From NCBI GenBank assembly GCA_045837725.1, contig JBEWZL010000236.1, positions 124,001-188,000 of the forward strand: 64,000 nucleotides of DNA, given 5' to 3'. Numbering within the stretch: position 1 is the stretch's first letter; each line of letters opens with the position of its first letter. This DNA is from Vermamoeba vermiformis (Eukaryota). A program made the translations under genes and the position numbers. The notes under the pieces were generated by a model that saw only the letters and a list, made by a program, of their open reading frames with translations, was not told the origin of the DNA and did no database searches. Positions 11,559 to 23,100 of this stretch are shown piece after piece.

Positions 11559-14061
11559 ATGACCGAAAAGAAGTCAATATTAGTGTTGTTTGGTTCCGAA
11601 ACAGGCAACTGCGAGTCCATCTCGAAACGCATCCACCAAGAAGCTTTAGGTTTAGGTTATGATAGCAAGTGGCATAAACTTAATGACTTTAAGAAGGTTC
11701 GTCAAAAGAAAAGAATTATTGGTGCTCTCATTTCCGAAAATATTGACAATTAAAATTTAATTAATTTCCGACCAGATCGGATTGGACACGAACCCTTGGC
11801 CGAACACAGTTATTATTGTAACCTCAAGCACTGGAAATGGAGATCCACCAGAGAACGGCGAGAAGTGAGTTCAACCGTAAATTTTATTAGCAGCTTTATT
11901 ATTAACAGCTTTCAACAGTTTTTGGTTGTTTATTGGTAAAAAGACTCATTCCAATACGATGCTTGCCAACGTTAGCTTCTCGATGCTCGGTAAGTGTCAA
12001 CGATCCGTTTGAGATCGCGTACTGAGACGGCTGGATCAGGTCTTGGCGACACCAATTACGACACTTATCAAGGCTTTCCGCGCAAGTTGTACAAGAGATT
12101 GCTTGAATTAGGAGCAAAACCATTCCAAGAGCGTTGTGAAGCGGATGAAGCAACGGGGTACGTTGAATGTTCTGCAGGTAGCACAATACTCAACCTTGCT
12201 TGCCAGACTGGAGGAGACAGTAGAGCCTTATGTTACTGAGTTGTGGTCCGCTTTAGAGACGCACTTTAAGTCGTTACAGAAACAAGTTGTTGAAGTGCCA
12301 CCCCAGCCAAAAGAAACGACAAACCCAGCCCCCGTCGAGAAGAAGAAAAGCAGCAAGCTAAAGGATATCATCAAAAAAAAGAAAGAAAAGGAAAAAGCTG
12401 AAGGAACTACTGAAAAGCCAGTGCTGGAGTCGGTGCAGGACCATTCCGTACCCAAACCTCCCTCGCAAACTTGCAAGGTCGTATTCACAGAAACGTACTC
12501 CAAAGAACTGCCCATGCATGCTACATTGGTAGAAGCAAGAAAATTGACTACACGAGAGGTAAGGAACTGAAATCAGTAATCGCACGAAGGATGGTGTCAT
12601 TGCAGAAGTCGTCAAGCAAAATAACAAGGTTCCATGGTGTAGTTGGTTATCACATCTGCTTAACACGCAGTAGGTCCTCGGTTCGATTCCGAGTGGAACC
12701 ATTTCTTTTTTGCTTTTCTTTTTGCTCACCCCCTTCTGCACTTGTTTGCTTTTTATCGTGCCCCTCTTTGTTGCTGACTCCAAACTTATTGTTAGGCGGT
12801 GAAGCAAGTGTGGGAAATGACACTTGATGTGGGTCGTGAGATCCGTTACAAAGTTGGTGATTCCATTGGAGTTGTATTTCCAAACAACGAAGAGGTCGTC
12901 GATAAGCTTATTGCCCACTTGAAACTTAATCCAGATGCTCTTTTGTCCATTGAGCCACTTGATGCCTCCGCAGACAAAAGTAAGTTCTCCGTGTGCCGAC
13001 CAGTACGTACTGACCCTCGCAACAGCGATCCTGCCTACTCATATTAAGACCCCGTGCTCTGTGCGTGAGGCATTTTTGCGCTACTGTGACATCCAAGCAC
13101 TTCCTTCCAAGCGGTTCTTGCGCATGCTAGCTGACTACAGCGCCGCGGAAGACAAAGAAAAGCTCATTCACATGTGCAGCACTAAGGGTCGCGATGACTA
13201 CGTGCAAGAGATTGAAGCAGCGCGTTTGACACTGCTGGAGCTCTTGGAACGATTCCCCAGCTGTCAACCACCCCTCGCGCACTTGTTTGACAGTTTGCCA
13301 CCACTCAAGCCCCGCTACTATTCCATCGCCAGCTCACCCCTCGTGCATCAACAACGCGCACACTTTGCATTTACTGTCGTTGATGTGCCCATTCCCAACA
13401 CATCGCGTCGCTGGAAGGGCACGTGTTCCAATTGGCTGGCGGAGCTGTGTGCCGTGAAGACGCAGTTCCCCAAACTGACCGTGCGTGTGCCGATATTTGC
13501 ACACCCCACCAAGGACTTTGTATTGCCTGCCAATCACGCCACGCCGATCATCATGGTTGGTCCTGGCACGGGTGTTGCGCCGTTCATTGGCTTCTTGGAA
13601 GAGCGACGTCAGATCCAGCAACAGCAGCCTGCGCACAAGTTGGGCGCGAGTTGGCTGTTCTTTGGCTGTCGACACCCCGACTACGACTACTTGTACCGCA
13701 CTCAGCTCGAGGAGTTTGAGCGTAACGGCACGCTCACTAAGCTCGTGACTGCATTCAGTCGCTTGGAGGAGAACAAGGTGGTCTATGTACAACATCGCTT
13801 GCAAGAGTATTCGAACGACATTTTGGATCTGATGCTCAATAACAACGCTCACTTCTACATCTGCGGGTATGTGACGCATTACGCATGAATTTTACCGCCG
13901 TACTAACGACAATTAGTGATGCAAGCGGAATGGCCAAGGCAGTCCGCGAGACTTTAGTGCAGATCCTCAAAGATCAAGGAGGCAAGAGTGAGAGCGAAGC
14001 ACACGACACAATCACGTCATGGAGTCAGGCTAAACGATTCGTTTTGGATATTTGGTCGTAA
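11559..14061 (+). CDS. MTRR: Diflavin (FMN/FAD/NADPH) oxidoreductase, methionine synthase reductase-like
   Basis: Flavodoxin motifs LFGSETGN, SSTGNGDPPEN and LGLGDTNY; PRYYSIASS; MVGPGTGVAPF; LFFGCR; YVQH; YICG|DA; C-terminal DIWS*. Intron 12559-12795 hosts a tRNA gene. Confidence 0.85.
12584..12767 (+). repeat. tRNA-Val cassette, copy 2 (184 bp)
   Basis: Near-identical to 9740-9924. Confidence 0.95.
12628..12701 (+). tRNA. tRNA-Val(AAC), within an MTRR intron
   Basis: Identical to the copy at 9784-9857, with a downstream T-run. Confidence 0.97.
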
Positions 14062-14130
14062 ATAACAATGTACAAAGCACGCGGATTAAATTTGAATTGT
14101 TTTTACATTTACATGAGTTTAATTACAAGA

Positions 14131-17100
14131 TTAAGACTTCTTTTCATTGAGTCCTTTTGGTGCTTCGGCTTTAAATAGCTCCGCGTGATCGAGCAGATAG
14201 TTCTCGCCCTTCTCTAGCAGCCAATTAACAGCCAGATCTGCTTTGTCTTGGTTGAGCGACAGAGCTTTGACGTAGAGTGCTAATGGGAAGCCAGGCACTA
14301 CGTCTTGCAAGCTCAGCGCACTCTCCCACCGCTTCACCTCCTTTTCATCGACTTTCTTCTCCTCAGGAGTGACAGGGGCGTCACTCGAGCTCAGTTCGAG
14401 CGGCGTGTTCGGATCCAGTGCCTGCAACTCTTTCTTCAACTCGTCGACGAGCTTCTGCAACTTGTCGAGGTGGCCAGGGCTCTTCGATTCCTTGGCCTCC
14501 TTGATCCACTGCTGGCACTGTTGCATGATCTCCAAGCGCTTCAATTTGAAGTGCGTCTTAGCCACCTCTTCAAAGCCCAGTGGTGGATTGCGGATCTGCT
14601 CCAGCATGGCCCAACGAATAGTCGCGAGACGAATTACCTCATTGTACTGACGGGACTGCTGCTCGCCCTTGGGTGTGTTCATAGAGGACTCGTAGCCTGG
14701 CTCGTTGAAGTAGGGCTTGTCGACCAAGATGAGCGACTGAATGGACACGAACACTTGCAGCAGCGTCGATGTGCTCTCGTTCCACTTCTCGTTCGGTCCT
14801 CCGCGCCACGTGCCAAGCAGCGACAGACACACCTTGCCGCAGTTGTACAAGTTGGGATTGAAGCGCACTGTGCCGTTACCCGTGGTCTGCAAGTTGATGA
14901 CGGGTGGTACGGCAGGGTATTCGGGCGGACAATAGACGTCAAATTCGAAGAAACCATTCATGTAGGGCGTGTCTTTGGGGCCTGTGATGACGCACTTGAG
15001 CACGTCCATGCGATCACTGTCCACGCGCAAGAAGACAGACGAGTCAGGGAAGAGCGGCAGACCAGTGCTGAGCGAGCCGACTTCTTGCACCAAGCGCTTC
15101 ATCTTCTTCGGGGCACTGCTCGTGTCACTCTTGATGCGTGACTTGTAGTGGTGTTTGTAGTCGCCGCTGTCGTCTTTCATGGAGAGCTCGTCGAACTGTA
15201 GCTCAGCAAGCTGTTCTTGATACAAGCGCGAGAACTCGAGCTCTTTCTCCTTGGCACTGTCGAGAGGTTGAGTGGTCGACTGCGCGGGCTGCAAGGGCTG
15301 TTTGTGCGCGACAGTCTTGGCTCTGTGATCGAGCACACGCTGTTTGACCAAGAGCTGTGTCTTGCTGATCTCAATGGCCAGTGTGATCTCGTCCTCTTCG
15401 CTCGACTGTTCTTTCTTCTGCGGCGTGCTGCTCTCCAAGCGACTCTTGGGCAGTCGTTTCAAGATGACATCTGCCATTGTGTGCAATTTGTGCAGCAGAT
15501 CGAACAGCGAGACCGACTGATTGGGCAGTTCATCAGCGAGATGCACCAGAGCGTCGTGCAGCACTAGTGCGCGTGTGGTCTTGAGCACAGCTGTGTAGAG
15601 ATCAAAGTGGCGACCCATGTCGAGCAGCGAGTCATTGCGCAAGTACGAGCCCAACACAGGCACGAGACTGCTCGCGGCAATGAGTTGATAGGCCTCGGTG
15701 CTGAGTGCTGGCTGTGCGTGCTCGAGGGGCTCAGCTGTGACCGCTAAGAAGCCCTGCACACCTTCCAGCAGTGTGGCAATCTTCTTGGCGAGGGCTGTCT
15801 GTTCTTTCACATACGCCTCGTGGCTCCACGTGACTGGTGCCGTGTCGTCTGCATTGGTGCCGTAGCCAGTGCCCTTCGCCCAGAACTTGCCGTCAGAGCC
15901 ATTCTGTGCCTTGGCTGCTTTGTCTTGACGGTCTTTTTGCCGTGACCTCCACTTGTCCACTGCCGCGCTGAATGCAGGGTGCTCGGGATCACGTGGTGCA
16001 GTGTCGCAGAAGTCGGTGAGCAGCGAGAGCAGTGCAGCGAGCACGCCTGCTTGCATCACTTCACTACGCACGCGCAGACTGTCCTCGGCCACGCTGTGCT
16101 GCGAGGTGCGCAAGAGATCAAACAGCGCGCTCAACAAGGGCTGCATGGGATTGGCCAGCAGTGCCTCGCTCGGTGTGGGTACTGCAGCGAGACCTAGTCG
16201 CTCGCTAATGTCGCGCACAGGACCAGTCTTGACGTCTTGTGCCTCAGTCATGACGCGGAACAGGAGGGCGCGGCAGTCACTGTCACGCACGAACATCTGC
16301 ACGAAGCCAGTCACTTGCAGCTCTTTGCGCAACAGTTGCAGCCACGTGCGCCACGTTGCAATGTCAGTCTCTTTGCTCTTGGTCTTGGCGTCACTCGGTG
16401 TGCTCGTGCTCTCTTTCTTCTGCAAGTGCGTGTCAATCATGTCCACGAGCTGGGCCAGACCTCCTTTGTCTGCAAATCTCTTCAGCACTGAGCCGACTTG
16501 ATCGCTCACGCCACTTGCGGTGGGTCGAATGGCACGCACACTGCTGCAAAGATTACTGTCAGTCGATGATTGGCTGCTATTTATAGCTTGAACTTACCGC
16601 TCATCGTCACGCTTGATGATCTCAATGTTGAGATCCACGAGTTCAGAGCCAGAGCCGACCAGACGATGCAAGTCAAGCATGGTGAGCTGTGACTGCAGCA
16701 CTGTGTCAGGCTGGCCAGGCAGTTGGAAGAGTGCCACCACGCCTTCAGGGTCCGTGGCGGTGAGGGACTCCGCGAGCTGTGCCAGAGTGGTGGTTGCGGG
16801 CACATTGAAGAGAGGAGCAGAGCGCTGATAAGTGAGGGGATTGGAGCTGTTCAGCTTGGTGGCCCACAACACGCCTTGCTTGGCCGTGGGACCTTCAATC
16901 TCCCTGAATCTCACGCGATCACCGACGTCGTAGAGCGAGACAGCGGGATAGAGTTCAAAGCCCGCGAGTCCCGTGCTGAATGCCACGCCGAGATCTTCAC
17001 CGTTGCGCGTGAAGGCCAGTGTGCCCTCGTCCATGTCGAGCGTGACACCGATCACATCGCCCTCCTTCATCTTCTGTCCGTACTGACTGTTGGACTTGCC

Positions 17101-20100
17101 GTCGTGGTACGTGTAGCCAGTGGTGGCACCGTAGTAGGACCAGCCCTTAGCGGTGTTGTTCTGTCCAATGTACGCATTCAACTTCTGATGGCGCTCGCAC
17201 ACACCGATCATGATGTTGGCGGTGCTCGTGCACTTCTCCAAGATCACTTCCCAGCGACGCATGCCACTCGTGATGGGCTTCTCAGCGAGCACGGTGCGCC
17301 AGCCAGTGGTGGCGAGGGTGTTGGCCGTGGCACCGAGCTGGTCCTCATCGAGATCGAGGTGCGGGTGACACAGCTTGCGATCGAGTCGGATCGGATCAGT
17401 GCGCGCAGTGGTGCTCGTGTCCAGCAGATTGAGCTCGTCGCTGCTGCCAGTGAGCGAGTGCAGACAGATGACAACGCGGTCCTCGAGTGAGAACATGTCC
17501 ACCATGAGCTGCAGCATGAACTCGCTGATCAGCTGCGCGCTGTTGGGCTGAGTGAGCTGAGTGAGCAGATAGGCTGCAATCATCTCCTGATTCTGCTCGT
17601 TGAGATTGGCGCACACGCGGAACACATCTTGAATGGCGTAGTGCACCTTGGAGCCAAAGTCCTTGCGACTGCACAGCTCAAACATGACGTCAAAGGCGTG
17701 CTTGCCGAGCCAGTGCTTGACCGTCTCGTTGTGACTGATGTCTGCAAAGAATGCCAGCGCTGCTTCGAGGAACTTTTGTGCCTCTTCAACACTGCTGCTC
17801 TTGTCGGCGTGCTGCGCGTACTCGGTGATGACACTCACAATGCGCGCGGGGATGCCAGTGTCGAGCAGACGAGTGGCACAGAGCGAGGAGGAGGAGGCGA
17901 GGATGCCGAGGGTGCGGAATGCGTTCTGATCGGGTCTGTTGCTACTCTGCGGCACCACGGCCTTGACCACCGCGGTCTCATTCATGCTGGCATTGAACTT
18001 GTTCAGCAGCACCTGTCACACGTGTCAGTATACAAAGTGTCACAGCTAGCGCGACAAGCATACCTGGAAGTACTCGGGCGTGGACTGAATCAGCGAGGAC
18101 AAGAGCCGCAGCGAGCCCTGTTGCATGAGCGAGCCCTCGAGGGAGTTGATCGCGCAGTTGAATAGCAGCTCAATCTGCGCCTCCGTCACCACACACTGCA
18201 CGGCGAGTCCCTTGCGCTGATAGCTGCTGATGGCGTCGGAGAGTGCATTCAAGAACGGCATCAAGTGCGAGCTGAGTGAGGTGGCTGTGTGATTGGCCAG
18301 TTCGCGGAACACAAAGTCGCGCAGACGGTTGAGTCGGTTGACCGTGTCCGCATCGCCCAGTCCGCACAATCGGCCCGCGAGTGCCGCGTGACAGGTGGTC
18401 TGGCCAGTGAGCAGCTGTTGCAGCAGCTTGTCACTCAGCTCGACGTCGTACTTGGCGAGGTGCGAGAGAATGTTCTGCACGGCCTGACTGGTCTTGGTGG
18501 TCAATATTTGCAGCAAGAAGAGTGCAAAGGTCTGCGTCTCTTTCTGCTGCGCCAAGAACTGCTGCACGAGATCGTGTCGGACGCAGTGTTCGAGCAGCTC
18601 TAGACTGGCACTGAGCGGCAGTTGTGCGGTGAGGAGCGGATCTTCACCCTCCTCCTTGGCGTTGTAGAGCAGACTGCTGTGCCCGAGCAGTTGAATGCGC
18701 GACAGTGCAATCCAGGCAGACTTGTTGGGACACTGCAAGTGCATGCGAATGAACTTGACCACTTCAATGCCGGGCAGCGGCAGCTTGAATGTGGAGGTGT
18801 ACTTGGTGTTGGGATTGGGCTGCAGGGCACTGGGCTTGCAGGGGAATCGACCCACCGGCAGCAGACGTGACAGCGAGGTGCCCGTCTCGACGGTGATGAA
18901 GGGCGGGAAGCGTGACGTGGAGTTGTAGTTGTTGATGCAGTCGATGCGTATCTCGCGCAGTATGACGTTGTCGGGGATGGCAATGGTCATGCTGAACTTG
19001 TCTTCGTCCACCTCCTTGCTGCGCTTGAAGTTGTAGGTCCAGATGCACGAGGACACAATGACACTCTCCTTCAACAGTCGTGCCAGCAGCTTGTCTTGCT
19101 TGGGCTCCAACAGCTCGCTCACGTGCGACAGATTCTCGAGCTTGTCACCGCTCTTCACTGGACGTGTCACATCTGTCAAGCGTGTCAGTCACTGGACAGT
19201 ACGTTGACACGTGTCATTCGCACAATTGTTTCACGTGTCAAATCGAATACTTACTGGCAGGGTTGTTCTTCTTGCTGTGCGAGAGAATGTTTGCAAAGGC
19301 AGGAGCGAGGAATGAAGAGCGGGCCCGCGAATTGGAGCTCTTGATCTGATCGAACAAGAACTTGTAGCCCTCGAGCTCCACGATCAGATAGTGCGCCAGT
19401 TCTTCGTTGCGCACCAGTGTCAAGCAGAGCTCGGCGATGGACACCGAGGTGGGCTTGGTCCGCAGCACAGTGAGACAGAGCTCGAGGAAGTGTTTGGCCC
19501 CGTCATTCTCGGTGGACAAGATCTTGATCAGCCGCACAATGCTCTTGCTGAGATCGAACTTGGTGGCCGTGGGCAGTGTGGCCGATGAGACCGAGGCGGT
19601 GACAGGTGCAGCGTTGCTCGAGCTGAGTGTGCTGGACGAGGAGGCGAGTGTGCTGGTGGAGGTGCTGAGCAGTGCCGTGCTGGACGAGGCAGTGAGTGCC
19701 GTGCTGGCCACGCTCTTGTCACTCTGCTCCATGTTGCTCAGCCACTGAATGAACAGCGTCGTGAAGGCCTTGTCGCGCTTCTGTTTGTTCGCGAGGTCCA
19801 ACAGCCGCGCACGATCAGCGGCGGTGAATGTGGGTGCAGTGAACACCGTGTTGAGCACATCGAGCACCACTTGCAGCAGTCGATTGCCCTTGGACGAGGC
19901 ACCGTGCACAGCGAGGGCGAGTGAGTCTGGCAGTTCAGCCGCGAGTTCTTGCAGCAGTGCGAAGAGGTGTTCAATCTTGTAGTGCACGGCTGCAGTGAAG
20001 TGTTCGCGCATCACTTCGAGCAGACGCAAGTAGAGCAGTGTGTGCGTGTCGTAGTGCACTTGCGGGAATGTCACCACGAGCTCACCCATCAATTCGCTCT

Positions 20101-23100
20101 GCAGCACCTCGCCCAGCCCTTCAGTGGCGAGCAGCTTGGAGGCTAGTTGCACAAAGTCGTCGAGCAGCAGCACTTGCAGCTCTTCAGGGGCCAGAATTGC
20201 CTCGCGGAACACCGAGAGCAGGGCGGGCAGGCGACAGAGTTGTTTGGGGTCCACCGAGTGCAGCAGTCGCAGCACCATGCACCAGGGCCGTGCTGCAGCT
20301 GAGGCAGTGAGCGGATTGTCGCGCGACAGATAGTGCAGCAGATAGGCAGCAATCTCATCCAGGGCGTAGTCTTCAGTCTCGTCGTCAGTGCGCGAGGTCT
20401 TGCGTACAATGACAGGCGAGGCACTCTCAGGCTCATCGGTGGCTGTGGCGGCACTCTGCGACGAGGCAGCACTGGACGAGGGCGCGGGACTGGCCTCACT
20501 CGTGCTGCCCTTGCTGCTCAGCTCTTTCTCGTACGTGATCACGAGCAGCAGTTCGAGCAAGAAGTCGGCACTGAAGTTCTTGTTGTCGTTGCTCAACAGC
20601 AGCTTGATGGCCTTGGAGCGCAGCAGAGCTCTGATGCGACGAATGGCCTGCGCACTCTCTTTGCCGCCGCTGTAGGTCTCAATGTTGCACAACTTCTCCA
20701 CCATCTGCAGCACCGCAGAGCGAATGAATGTGCTCGGGTAGGACGAGACTTGGCGCAAGAATTCGTCGAATTTGGGGTGTTTGAACACGTCCTCGTAGAT
20801 GTCATCGGGTGTGTACTGATTGGTCAGTCCTTCGAGCACACGCATGGCCAGCAAGAACAGCTCGGGACTGAGGGGCTGCATGCGCGCACTGAGCGAGATG
20901 ACGGAGAAGATTGAGCGCAAGTGTCGTCCATCGAACACCGAGCCGGCAGCGTGCGTGACGTCAGTGGGCTCGTTGATGAACTTGGTGATGTCTGCAGCTG
21001 AGGAGCGGAGTGACTTGCCACTCGAGACACTCAAGCTGCTGGACGCGAGCTGATCGGTGTCTTTCTTCATCTTGGAGGCATCGGTGACACTCTTGGACAG
21101 CTTGGTGAAGGACTGCGAGGACTGCGACTTGAACTGCGAGAACGGATAGAAGCCGCGGTGCAGCAGCACGGGGATGAGGGCCTTGGGGTTCTCAGTGGTG
21201 GCCCCGGACGGCACGGGTCTTCTGATCTTCAAGAACAGATGCAGCGGATAGTGCTCGACCTTGCCCTCGCATGTCTCGCAGAAGTTGAACTCGTCGCAGT
21301 GCACGCACTTGTAGCGAATGCCTTTGATCGGTGTCTTGCCGCAGCCATCGCACGACACTCCTGTGTGCGTGTAGCCGTCTTGTTCGTCGAGTGAAGCAGG
21401 TGAGACGGAGGTCGAGTCCTCTGTGTACATGAGTGGCAAGAGCGGGTCTTTGGGTGGGGGCATGCCGCGGAATGACGAGGGCGGCAAGGGCAGTGCGGTG
21501 GGGATCTTCAAGAACAGGTGGCTCTTGTTGTGTGCCGTCGAGTCACTCTCGCACTGCTCGCACAGATCGTAGTCCAGACAGTTGACGCAGCGATAGCGCA
21601 CACCGCAGATCGGCGACATGTTGCAGTTGCGACACTTGGAGCCCTGGTGGACTGGCGCTTTGTCGGGAGTGAGCGACATGGTGTTGGAGAGCAGCAAGAG
21701 CACCCACGAGACGAGTGCGACGTCAATGTTGCTGACATTGGTGGCTGCAGTGAGTTCTTCGAGCATGGAGAAGAGATCGTCCACGTAGAAGAAGCGCAGT
21801 CTGTCCTGACCCATGATATCTTGCAGCGTGTCGAACACTTCCTGTTGCGGGAACAAGTTGATGGGACGCGTGTACTCGGGATTGGAGCAGAAGAACTTGC
21901 GCAGCGTATTGGAGGGGAATGAGACCTGCGAGCCGAGCTGGTGCATCAAGAACCGCGCTGCTTCACGTCTGAGCGTGGGTGTGCCGTAGACACAGAAGTG
22001 CGTGAAGAGATCTTGCAGCATGGCCTCTTCGTGCTCGAACTCGTCATTCTGCTGATTCAGACACTGGAACAGCCGCTCAGCTGCACTCTGTTGCATGGTT
22101 ATAATTAATTATTGTTATATTATATAATCAGACTAAATACGTACAGTCCAGCGATCGAGGCGATTGTCCGTTGAAGACACAATGTTCTCGTTCGGCTTCA
22201 ATGCCTGCAAGTGTTTGCGCACGCGGTGGAACATGATCTGCGCACTGATGCAGTCGTTGTAGGCCTTGTTGACATCTTTCTCGTGACTCGCGAACAGATC
22301 TCCGCTGATGTTGATCTCCTCCAACATGGTAGTCAGGGTGCGTCGCTTCGAAGCGAATTCGAGCGAGTAGATGTGCAGCTGTTGCTCGAGTGCTTCAGCG
22401 GACTGACCGAGCGGCTCTTCAGCCTTCTTCTGCTTGTCTGAACGGCTCGGTGTCTCAAACAAATCGAGTTCGAGTGGATAGCCGTAGAGTCCAAAGTGCG
22501 TGCGCAACAGATTGTAGAAGGGTGAGCGTGCTTCAAACAGCTTGTGTCCGAGATTGAGCAGTATTTTGACTGCGCGGGCATGGGCCTTGACTCGATCAGC
22601 GTCCCAACAGAGATAGAGCATGGCGAAGAGCTGATTCATGCCGCCAGGGGTGCGACAGTGATCGAAGGCGTGCGTCAAGACATCGAGCGAGGCAATGAGC
22701 AGCGACTTCTTGTACTGCTCTTGTCCTACGTGCACTGCGTACATGAGCACACGACCTGCTTTGAGGGCAGTAGCTTTGTCAGCACCAACAATGTTGATGC
22801 GAATGAAGACCTCCAAGTTGATGGCCTCGAGAATGCTCAACATCTTGTCTGAGGCGCGCTTCCACACATCGAGCAGCAGATCCAAGCACTGATGACGCAA
22901 TCCAACGCTGGTCTTCAAGTCCTCGCAGGCCTTGATGAGGGACAAGTAGAACGGGGTGGATTCGAACAGCGAGTGACGCAGCGCACGTATCTCGCTCAAG
23001 CTCTTGCCTTCAATCGGCTTGAGACTCGCGAACTTGACGGCGAGTGAATTCACGCTGTTGGGACTGGGCTTGCTGCTGGCCCCGCTGTAGAGCTCACCGT

